Program-made: the position numbers and the translations under genes
In this document: positions 1 to 8,800 of the stretch, one piece after another
Layout of the letters: each line of letters starts with the position of its first letter
How positions within the stretch are numbered: position 1 is the stretch's first letter
IMG/VR virus record: IMGVR_UViG_3300033076_000514
Span: 1-43,157 of that record
Length of the DNA: 43,157 bases
DNA from: a virus
Taxonomy: Duplodnaviria > Caudoviricetes
Reading direction: 5' to 3' (one strand)
Notes under the pieces: generated by a model
Seen by the model: only the letters and a program-made list of their open reading frames with translations
The model's database searches: none
What the model was told of the DNA's origin: nothing

Positions 1-1035
1 GAAGTCTTTGGCTAGTGCTTCTATACCTGTGCCGGCAGTAGGAAAGTCTGCTTTGGCACGAGAAATAGCTCGTTGCAAACCTACGTCTTTTACTTCAGGT
101 TCTTCTTTTTTTTTATCGGCTTCTGCTATGCCTTGCTCATTGTCACTGGTCTTTAACTGACTGCGTAATTGGTCAGCCATCTTCAAGTGATGCTGTTGCT
201 TAAGGTCTTTGGATTTCTTAGCGGCTTTTTCGTGTGCTGTAATCTGTGCCCATAGAGTATTTTGTTTACGCTCGTCGGCACCTTCATTCATTTGATCAAC
301 TACATGCTTCAAGTCAGCCAGTGCTTCCTTCTTAGTAGCATAACCACTATACCAAGTATTGGTTTCATAGTGCTTCATGTAATAAGGACCTTGGCCGGGA
401 CTTGGATCATGGTCCAAACCAATTTCGCCCACAGCACGGCCATTCTTGTGAACAATCTTTGGTGAGCCCACTGTCATGTCGCTCATGCGATTGCCCGCTC
501 TAGGCTTACTCTTTTTAGGCATACTAGATGAACGAACACCAGTGTGCATGTTAATATAGTCGCCACTTGGAGTTCTAGTCCATTCACCTGCTTCCGCCAC
601 ACCTTGATCTTCTGCTGCGGATTCTAATTCATCAAGAATTATCTGTAATTCTTGGGGATCTACTTCGGCAATGATTGAGTCCAAGTCGCCTTCGTATTCG
701 TCCCAGTATTGTGCAAATATAGGGCTGTCGTAATATGCAAATTCCACAGCGTCGTCGCCTTGGTTATAAATCCGTTGATACGCTGCCTTAATGCGGCTAC
801 CAATGTCGCCTGCGCCCTCTCCTAGGCCACGACTGCGTAAACTCTTTTCGTAGTAAGATTCGTCGTCGCTGTAATCAGGTTCATCATCGGGCATATCAAA
901 GTCATCATCATAAGCAGGTTTACGCTTGCCACGAACTGCTGCATAATAATCTTCGTCGCTGTCAAAATCGTGTGGGTTGACTTCATTTAACTTTTTCTTG
1001 TTGAAATCATCTTCAAATAATTGTGTGAATAACAT
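1..1035 (-). CDS. Modular internal-head-protein-like polyprotein, 3' end runs off the window (missing from ORF track)
   Basis: Open frame from ATG at 1035 to position 1: MLFTQLFEDDFNKKKLNEVNPHDF...RGLGEGAGD...DQGVAEAGEW...QMNEGADE...EQGIAEADKK...; segments separated by x-x-E linkers. Confidence 0.8.
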   Translation of the reverse strand, partial: MLFTQLFEDDFNKKKLNEVNPHDFDSDEDYYAAVRGKRKPAYDDDFDMPDDEPDYSDDESYYEKSLRSRGLGEGAGDIGSRIKAAYQRIYNQGDDAVEFAYYDSPIFAQYWDEYEGDLDSIIAEVDPQELQIILDELESAAEDQGVAEAGEWTRTPSGDYINMHTGVRSSSMPKKSKPRAGNRMSDMTVGSPKIVHKNGRAVGEIGLDHDPSPGQGPYYMKHYETNTWYSGYATKKEALADLKHVVDQMNEGADERKQNTLWAQITAHEKAAKKSKDLKQQHHLKMADQLRSQLKTSDNEQGIAEADKKKEEPEVKDVGLQRAISRAKADFPTAGTGIEALAKDF

Positions 1036-1049
1036 CTGTGTGTTCTTTC

Positions 1050-1757
1050 TTATGCTTCGTCAATGTAATCTGCAGATTGATCTTGCTGGCGGCAACGTGC
1101 TTGATACATTTCCAGTGCCATGTTGGCGTGATCTAAATTGCGGAAGCGACTCGGTAAACGTCGGTTGCCATGTCGGATTTCGAACCCAGTGTGTTCGTCA
1201 CCGTGTATTTCACAAACACGACCATCTTCCAGTGTGATTGTTTTTACTGGTGCAGCAGGTTGAGCAGCGTAAGTGGGCTCTTGAATTGATGCAGCAGGAG
1301 TATCAGGAGCTGCGGGTTCCTGTGTGGGATCTTCTTCCAGTTCCACTGAGCTAGGAACAATATCTCGATCTGCGGCTTTCTTACCAATGCCCTTGTCAGC
1401 AGGACGGTCTCCGATGTCGCGATCTTTTTTCTTGCCAACAGCATCTTCCACTGAATCCAAATAATCAATAAAACTCTTCTTAACCTTGTCCAACAACTGC
1501 TCTTCATTGGCAATGGCTTCTTCGATTGGTTCTTCAAGTTTTTCTTCACTCTCGGCGCCAACAAAGTAACCTTTGGTCACTGCTTTTTTGTTGGGATCAC
1601 CGCCCAAAATAGGACCGCCTTTGCTGGGCTTGAACAGTGCAGGCAATTGATGCACTGACCGTTGCTGTGGATTTTGACTGCCCGACGGTTGTGTAGGAGT
1701 TATGCGTCCTTCCAATACAGCAAGTCTTTTAACAATGTCGTGAATGGGATCGGTCAT
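1050..1757 (-). CDS. Hypothetical acidic phage protein, possibly head-associated
   Basis: Start placed at MTDPIHDI just after the dps stop; several L/I-x-E motifs; ends DYIDEA. Confidence 0.7.
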   Translation of the reverse strand: MTDPIHDIVKRLAVLEGRITPTQPSGSQNPQQRSVHQLPALFKPSKGGPILGGDPNKKAVTKGYFVGAESEEKLEEPIEEAIANEEQLLDKVKKSFIDYLDSVEDAVGKKKDRDIGDRPADKGIGKKAADRDIVPSSVELEEDPTQEPAAPDTPAASIQEPTYAAQPAAPVKTITLEDGRVCEIHGDEHTGFEIRHGNRRLPSRFRNLDHANMALEMYQARCRQQDQSADYIDEA

Positions 1758-1759
1758 GA

Positions 1760-2203
1760 TTATGCTCTCTGGTCTTTCAAGAAACTTCTCAACTGCCAAC
1801 CATGTTTGCCATGAGCATCGATACGCTCGGCAATGAAGTTGGCAATGCCTTGTTGATTTTCTGCTTCAGCAGCAGCAAAGCATTCATTAAGTAATTCTAT
1901 CATTTGACCATTGTTGGCCAACAATTCTTCAATCATGAGTCGTGCTCTGGGCACTTTGGTCTGTCCGGATATTGCACTCAATTCCAAGAAACGCTCAAAG
2001 CTACCAGGAGTGTAGTCGTCCAGTGTGCGGATATACTCAGCGGTCTTGTCTATGGAGTTGTCGTAGACTTCGTTGTAAAGATCGCCGAAAAACTCATGCA
2101 GCTGAGCAAAGTCTGGGCCCTCCACGTTCCAGTGGAAGAACTGTGCTTTTACCACAAAAGCATATTCAGTTGCTAATAGAGTTTTTAAATTGTCCGCGAG
2201 CAT
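1760..2203 (-). CDS. dps: Dps / ferritin-like DNA protection protein
   Basis: Signature FHWNVEGPDFAQLHEFFGDLY...DKTAEYIR and C-terminal KHGWQL. Confidence 0.93.
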   Translation of the reverse strand: MLADNLKTLLATEYAFVVKAQFFHWNVEGPDFAQLHEFFGDLYNEVYDNSIDKTAEYIRTLDDYTPGSFERFLELSAISGQTKVPRARLMIEELLANNGQMIELLNECFAAAEAENQQGIANFIAERIDAHGKHGWQLRSFLKDQRA

Positions 2204-2375
2204 TTTGTTTAAACCTTTTTATTTCCTTGGGCGTGTTAGGCGTAGGGTCTGTTGTATATTTACCTGCTAACATATTAGCACCATTTCTTGACACCATGCC
2301 CATGGGCTGTGCTACCACAGCAACGCTGCCTGAGGTAGTTGCACCCATGGATTCTGCAATTTCACGCCAACGCAT
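2166..2375 (-). CDS. Small protein with capsid-targeting-like N-terminus
   Basis: MRWREIAE|SMGATTSGSVAVV; tiles between neighbouring genes. Confidence 0.65.
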   Translation of the reverse strand: MRWREIAESMGATTSGSVAVVAQPMGMVSRNGANMLAGKYTTDPTPNTPKEIKRFKQNARGQFKNSISN

Positions 2376-2658
2376 TTCTAATCCTTAGTATATTCCCGCC
2401 TTTGATTGAGCCAGGACCATAATCGACCCTGACGTTTTCCATGCGCAAATGTGCCAACGCTGGAGGCACAAGTTCACAATGTATTTTGTAATTGCCTTCG
2501 GGCGCTTCAATTTGCAACATTTCTTCTAGATATGAATCAGAGAAATTATAGGTGCGTTCAGTGAACAGTTCGTCATTGACATAGACGCGATAGTCAGGTG
2601 CCTGCCCTTGCCAGTCGCAATGCACATCAAATAAAACTCTAACAAAATGCCGGGTCAT
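2362..2658 (-). CDS. Hypothetical beta-rich phage protein
   Basis: 98 aa ORF with TAAATA 5 nt upstream of its ATG. Confidence 0.7.
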   Translation of the reverse strand: MTRHFVRVLFDVHCDWQGQAPDYRVYVNDELFTERTYNFSDSYLEEMLQIEAPEGNYKIHCELVPPALAHLRMENVRVDYGPGSIKGGNILRIRNALA

Positions 2659-2663
2659 GAATA

Positions 2664-2669
2664 TATTTA
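2664..2669 (-). promoter_or_regulatory. Putative late promoter TAAATA (leaderless)
   Basis: TAAATA-5 nt-ATG; the motif recurs before at least 15 genes in the window. Confidence 0.6.
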
Positions 2670-2712
2670 GTTATTATATTCAAGCCCGGCAGTGAGTGAT
2701 GTCAAAGATTTA

Positions 2713-4053
2713 TCAGCAGTTCCAGCGTCTACGTGCTTTGCAAATGGCCTTGTCTGGCGTTTTTGCACAGCTGATGTTGTGCATTTTCATTTGTCCACGA
2801 CTGCGGCTGCAATAGCTCTTGCGGCGTTTGCTGGCTTTGCTGCCTTTTTTAAGTTTGCTTGGCTTTGTGGTCACAGCAGTTTGCAATTTTGAACCTGGAT
2901 GCTCACGACGATATGCTTTCACGGCCTTGCGACTCATGCCATCTGTTTTATCACGTTTGTTGGCCTTTTGCCAATCTTCGTTCAACTGTGATGTAACAGC
3001 AAACGCATACAGCTCATCTTCTGTGAGACTTTCCAAGTCTGTCCACACTGCGTCAGCATCCACACCGTTGTGTGCAGCAATGCTTTCGATAATGCGTTCA
3101 ATCAAATCAAATTCCTCAGCAAGCTGACGCTCTTCTTCGGATCTCATGTAGTCCCAGACATTGACCAACATGGATTTGGCCACAGCAATTTTTTCTTGGC
3201 ACCATTCTGGCAAGTTGTCACCAGGTTGTATAATATCGTCAATGCCTTGAACAGCACGTTTCAGCGTTTCAAGATTGTTGTCGGCCATGCCGGCTTCGTC
3301 ATCATACTCACCGTTGTAGTCGCCATCGTCGATGTGCTCTGACATTTTCTTTGGCTTGTCACCCTTTTTCTTCATTGCAATAGCAATGGCAGCTTGTTGA
3401 GCTGGGTTTGCTGCTTCGGCCACAACTTGATTGATTTTCATATCTTGTCCTTCGTTCTTTGATTTATTGCCCCAGTTCTTGGCGCCTTTTTTACGGCACT
3501 GAACCAGTGCGCCTGATGCATAGGCACTGGGCCATACTTTGTAGCGACTTTTGACTTTGTAATAACAAGCGTCTTGTTTTTCATTGATCATCAACTCACT
3601 GAACATGGGTCCGCCGCATTCAGGACATTGTTGAACATCTTCATTCTTTACACAGTTAGGCACTGTTTTGCCAAATAACTCTTTGTTGCCTTCCTTGTGA
3701 TAGCCATCCCAGCACTTTTCATCTATTTGCTGTTCATTGGTTTTCTTTTTAGTAGCAACGTTTTTAGCAGGACCTCTGCGTTCTGGATTGGGGTCTTCCC
3801 TACGCTTACGAGCCGCGGCGCTAGCACGACCTTTTTTGCCCAAGGCATGTGCTTTTGATTGTGGCAAACACTTGGGTTTGCCTTCTGAATCTGAACCTCG
3901 AGCACAGTCACCACGAATCTTGCCATCTGGGCCAAAACGCACCCACTTTTCTTTGAACCACTTGCGTAGATCTTCGTTGACGTGTGTGCAGTTGCAAGGA
4001 GTTTGACCACATACTGGGCAAGCATCCTTGGATAAAAATTCGTGTGCTCTCAT
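2713..4053 (-). CDS. Polyprotein of small basic/Cys-rich modules, putative internal head protein
   Basis: Starts MRAHEFL; about 8 modules bounded by VNE, IDE, KNE, INE, VAE, MSE, LAE, LNE; last module (RRKSYCSR...KARRRWNC) resembles the DUF6321 type. Confidence 0.8.
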   Translation of the reverse strand: MRAHEFLSKDACPVCGQTPCNCTHVNEDLRKWFKEKWVRFGPDGKIRGDCARGSDSEGKPKCLPQSKAHALGKKGRASAAARKRREDPNPERRGPAKNVATKKKTNEQQIDEKCWDGYHKEGNKELFGKTVPNCVKNEDVQQCPECGGPMFSELMINEKQDACYYKVKSRYKVWPSAYASGALVQCRKKGAKNWGNKSKNEGQDMKINQVVAEAANPAQQAAIAIAMKKKGDKPKKMSEHIDDGDYNGEYDDEAGMADNNLETLKRAVQGIDDIIQPGDNLPEWCQEKIAVAKSMLVNVWDYMRSEEERQLAEEFDLIERIIESIAAHNGVDADAVWTDLESLTEDELYAFAVTSQLNEDWQKANKRDKTDGMSRKAVKAYRREHPGSKLQTAVTTKPSKLKKGSKASKRRKSYCSRSRGQMKMHNISCAKTPDKAICKARRRWNC

Positions 4054-4060
4054 AATATTC

Positions 4061-4066
4061 TATTTA
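4061..4066 (-). promoter_or_regulatory. Putative late promoter TAAATA overlapping the upstream stop codon
   Basis: TAAATA-7 nt-ATG(4053). Confidence 0.6.
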
Positions 4067-4258
4067 TTTGACTTGTTTAACGCTGCCAATATGCCAATCT
4101 TCCACACCATACTGTGCTTTCATTAACTGGCGTGCATGGTTGGCATTGTCTGCTGTGACAGTGACGTCAATACGGCCAACATAGTGCGGGTGCTGAATAC
4201 GCACCGCGGCAGTCCACAGCAAACTTTTACGCTTTGGCACTATGTCGCGGCTTTTCAT
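4064..4258 (-). CDS. Hypothetical protein (64 aa)
   Basis: Start MKSRDIV overlaps the upstream stop (ATGA coupling). Confidence 0.65.
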   Translation of the reverse strand: MKSRDIVPKRKSLLWTAAVRIQHPHYVGRIDVTVTADNANHARQLMKAQYGVEDWHIGSVKQVK

Positions 4259-4665
4259 CGTATAGGGCCACCTTCTACCCAAGCATCACAGGTGCGTTTG
4301 GCAGCACATTTGAATTTCAAAAACTTACAATAACCCAAGTGTCCGGCATCAATGGTGGCCATGGGGTCAGATCCAGGTTCTGCACCAATACCTCGGGCAA
4401 TGCAGTCCATCATGTCGTCGCTCATGTCAAAGGCAGCACAGTTGCCACAACGTGCTGATTTAGCGTCATCTGGGTCGCTCATGTTCCATTCGTCGGCCTT
4501 GGCTTGCCAGAATTCTTCATTGGGTGCGTTGGGATCCAGCGGTCCATAGCGATATTCGTCAATGGCTTTTTGACGATTTTTCAAGTTCAGTTCAATGCTT
4601 TGTGTAGCAGGAGGACAGCCTTTTTCCATGGCTTCAATCAAATTGATGTAATTTCGTAATATCAT
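4255..4665 (-). CDS. Cys-rich hypothetical protein, possibly metal-binding
   Basis: MILRNYINLIE|AME..., CGNC and GYC...KC...TC motifs; ATGA coupling. Confidence 0.7.
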   Translation of the reverse strand: MILRNYINLIEAMEKGCPPATQSIELNLKNRQKAIDEYRYGPLDPNAPNEEFWQAKADEWNMSDPDDAKSARCGNCAAFDMSDDMMDCIARGIGAEPGSDPMATIDAGHLGYCKFLKFKCAAKRTCDAWVEGGPIR

Positions 4666-5888
4666 TTTTTCTTCCCGCCTTTCATGTTGGCACACCAGTG
4701 GTACATACGGCCTTTTTCTCCACCGTATTTACGAGCCTTGGCACGTAGATCACTCACACTTCCTTTGCAACTTGCGCCTGCACGTTTTACACGCCCAGGA
4801 CGGCTTTTGCCCCGGACTTTGCCATCAGCAAAGTTTTCAGTTAAAGAAAGACTGGCTACAGGAATTATACCATGATACTCCAGCGTATCTCCTGAGTTGT
4901 CCTGCACATTTTGGTCCACAAATAGTCGAGACTGATCAAGTTGGCTAGCATTAATTTTTAATACTACGATTTGATCTAGCCACTCGTCTGGCACAACATC
5001 ACTAGACTCTGCGTAGCTTTCAGCAACGTCAGGATCGCGAGCTAGATACACCACGCCGGGCTTGCTATCTTCCCATTTGGCTTGAGCACGATCCCCGCCC
5101 AGGCCGTGTGCTCGAATGCTTTTTAACAGTGGGCGATAGGTAGCATGATACAACCACGTGCTATTGTCAGTATCTTCGTTCAATGAAATATTCCGCAATG
5201 CTGCTGTGACACCGGGGTGCATGGGTGCAGGCCAATCACCTGCCTCAACCCAACAGTAGTCTTGCCATTCATCGTTGGCACGTGGTTCGAACTCGTGTGG
5301 CACAATACCGAGAAACGTTACATATTTTGGATTCTCAGCTAAACGTTTTAACTTTATAGGACCCATGTAACCCGACTCTTCACCAAGCTCACGACGAGCA
5401 CATTGTTCCAGTGTTTCACCTGGTTCTCTACCACCGCCCCATGCTGCCCATAATCCTGGATCATTGATCTCATTGCTACGTTGCTGTAACCCGTAACGAC
5501 CTGTGTCTTGGGCATACAATACAATGCCAGCAGCGCCTTGCCCACGATCTTCCCATACATAACTGTCCTCACCTCTATGCTTGTCCCAGAATCCTCGTCC
5601 AGCATCTGTTTGGTCGAAGCTACGATTGATTGTAAATCCCTGACTCTTGATGTAGTCATACATTACTCTAGCAATGCCTTGACCTTGATACTTGTCATAA
5701 ACTTCCAAATCTTTTGGATCAAGTTCCCGGCCATCCATTCCAAAGACGACATGTCCCATGGGCAGTCCAAAGTCGTTGAGTGCCTTGACAATTAACTGAC
5801 CATCCTTTTCCATCATGGTAAAGGTCACACCCTCATATTCTCGAGTAGGGTATTTTTTGTATTCAGTGACAAACTCTTGTGCTCTCAT
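4662..5888 (-). CDS. GNAT + Nudix + ADP-ribosyltransferase-like + basic-module polyprotein
   Basis: GNAT motif A VYDKYQGQGIA; Nudix box GGREPGETLEQCARRELGEESG; ART/Tpt1-like LYHAT...SIRAHGL...VYLA...AESYA; linkers VTE, VWE, LNE, LTE. Confidence 0.85.
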   Translation of the reverse strand: MRAQEFVTEYKKYPTREYEGVTFTMMEKDGQLIVKALNDFGLPMGHVVFGMDGRELDPKDLEVYDKYQGQGIARVMYDYIKSQGFTINRSFDQTDAGRGFWDKHRGEDSYVWEDRGQGAAGIVLYAQDTGRYGLQQRSNEINDPGLWAAWGGGREPGETLEQCARRELGEESGYMGPIKLKRLAENPKYVTFLGIVPHEFEPRANDEWQDYCWVEAGDWPAPMHPGVTAALRNISLNEDTDNSTWLYHATYRPLLKSIRAHGLGGDRAQAKWEDSKPGVVYLARDPDVAESYAESSDVVPDEWLDQIVVLKINASQLDQSRLFVDQNVQDNSGDTLEYHGIIPVASLSLTENFADGKVRGKSRPGRVKRAGASCKGSVSDLRAKARKYGGEKGRMYHWCANMKGGKKK

Positions 5889-5896
5889 AGTAATAG

Positions 5897-8800
5897 TTAT
5901 CCCATTACTGGCAGCACTTCAACGCCGCCTACCATGTGTCGTGGATTGCGTTGCAACCATTGCATAGCTACACGGTTGGCATCTGATTGACTATTGCCTA
6001 CACCACCAAAGCGATAGATTTCATTGCCGTTGGGGTCAACTACTTTCCACTCACCTGTGAACTGTTGTTGGGGTTGACCCGGAACAGTTAGTGTGCGTGG
6101 TGCTGTTGCTGGTTGTTCACCTGCTACATCAACGATACCACCTTGTGCTGCGTCTGCTGAAGGAACATTTAATACACTACGGACAGCAAACAGTTGCGGA
6201 GCACCTAGGTTAAAGTCTGCTGCATACCGAGCAATCTTGCTTTCGGCATCTTCTGGACTAGTTGCTCGGAATACAATAGGATTGCCAGCAGGTGCAGTAA
6301 CAACACGACCATCGCTAATACGATACAATTCATAACTGCTGGGTTCGCCCGCTGATTGCTGTGCTGTAGTGGGTTCAATCTCACGAACTTCAACGTCGGC
6401 ACGCATACGTGGATTTGACTCACGAGTCTGTGCCAAGAACTGTTCTGCTGCTTCGCGGCTTGGGAATCTGCGTAATGGAACTTCTTGACCTGCTGGGTAT
6501 TCACCGGGCTCTCTAGCAAAACGGCTGGCACCGGCAACCCAAATGCCCCAGTTGCCTTGATTTTGTTGTGCCGCAGCAGCACGTTGACGTTGTAGGTCTA
6601 GTGTGCTTCCTGGAACGGGTGTTGATTCAGATTCGTCTTTTAGAGAATAATCACGTTGTCCCCAACCTTGCATTTGCACAAAGTCATGCTTGATTCCAAG
6701 AGCTTCACTGCGGTCAGCAGCATGGAAACGATGCACCACTGTGCCATCACTGTCGCGAACCACTGCATAGTTAGGAGCACCGCGAGCTGCACCAAACTGT
6801 GTCGATGGCTGCGGAGCAGCAGGAGTAATATCGCCAATTCTGCTGACTCTACCGACTTCTTCGCCGCGGGCATTTCGAACAATAACATCTGTGTTGCGTT
6901 GTTGTGCCCAGTATTGTGCTCTTCTCAACGCTGCTTGATCACTTTCGTATTCGTCGCCTGCAATCAACCCGCCGCGGGTGTCAGTTATTCTATAGATGTT
7001 GCTGCCGGGTATTTCAGGTTGTTGTGTAGTTTCGCCTTCTTTGTATGGACGCAATGGTGTGACTGTTGCTCCGGCAAGTCGATCTTCGGGAACTCCCCAT
7101 TCTTCAGCAGCAACTTGTTTAGCTACTTCAGGCGATCCAGCAACAACTTCCATACGGCGGTTTGCATCCCATTGAACGTTCCACCACATCTTGCCTGCTT
7201 GTTTGCCCTTGGCCACGCTGCGTTCCAACTGTGCTTGGCGAACAAAACTCTTGAGTGCTTGCTTAGGCAATTCACCTGCGGCATAACGAGTGAAGATGTT
7301 GATCAAGTCTTTGTCACTGGCTTTCATCGCCTGTTTGAGACCAGACTTGGCTTCGCGGCCACCACCTTGTCCTGTCAGCACTTTATACAGTTTCTTTTGA
7401 TACTCTTGTTTATACTTGTCGGGATCCATGGCAGCATCCAGTGTGACTACCATGCGATTGATAGTGTCAATCATTTTTTGTGGATTGTCGGCAATGATGC
7501 TTAGGTAGTCACCACCGGGTGAACGGAACTCAACACGATTGTCCTTGGTATTAATCGATGTAAATTTGTTTGTTTGCCCAGAGTGGATCAACTTTGATGC
7601 AGCAGCATTTAATTGACTCTTCATCTTGTCCAGCAACTCCTGTGCTTTTTCAGGTTTTTGTTGGACCAGTTGCTTGACTTTTTCAATAGCAGGTGCAGCG
7701 TAGCTATTGCCAATGCGATCAAATTCACGCAACACATATTCGTCGCCCAACAACAACGCGGCTTTTAAGTAGTCTAGTTTGTCTAAATCGTAGCCCGGCA
7801 CTGAGATGTTGGTGTGAATTGATGTTTTATTACGCTTGCCTGTGTATACGCCATTGTCTGCCGCCCAGCTTTGGACTCGTTTCATCAAGTCAGGAACTTG
7901 TTCCAGTGGTGTAGGTGGACTTACAAATTCCAATCCAACGTCATCTGAACTGTTGCCATCTAAACTGCCATCAGGTTCGATGCTGAAACAATCGTCGGGT
8001 TTTTCGCTGCCAACCAACACCCAACCGTTGCCCACCCATTTTTTATAACTGCCGTGATAGCTAGAGCTGTAGGCAACTGAGTCAGCACCAATGCCATTCA
8101 TAAAGTCCAATGCTACACGCTCGATATCAGTTTCGTCGTCACTGCCACTGGTATAGTAAGGCCAGGTTACATGGCCAAATGTGCTTTCAACGTCTGATGC
8201 ATAGCGAATGCCTTGCGAGTCTAACCAATCTTCTTCTGTAAGCTCATCGCGTTGCTCGTCTTCGAATTCTTCTCGAGCGTTGTCGTAGTTGCGACCCTGT
8301 TCGTCCCACTGCTCTTGATAATACTCTTTGCTTTTTTCTTCCACCAACTCATTGAGCATGGTTTGGAATTCTTCAGGAGTTATGTCGTCGCCGTATTGTG
8401 CTTGTAATTCGTTGCGAGCCTCTTCTTCGGCTTCTTCCTCATCAAACGGGTCTTCACGATCCAAATAGTTTGTGAAAAAATCCCAACCGTCGTTGCTGTT
8501 CCAAAGTTCATCTATCTTTTCATGTTGCCAATCAAAGAAATCCGATTCCATGTTTTCACGCAGTCTGCGAAGCTCGTTGCGGCTATTATAATCACCGTCG
8601 TCAAAGAAATTCACAGCATCATCAATGTCGCGAACACGCTGGTCTTGGTCGTAGTCAGGTTCCATGTCTGAATCTTCCACTCGAGCATTGGGCACAATCA
8701 TTTCAAACTCTAAACCAACTTTGACACCTTTGATGTCTTTGGCTAGCTTGGCCAAGTTCTTGGAAGTCATTTTAACTTCAAACAAATCTTCATCTTCTTG

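Noticed and set aside
2673-2705. TTGACA...TATAAT on the minus strand
   Set aside because: Spacer is 21 nt, too long for a canonical sigma70 promoter
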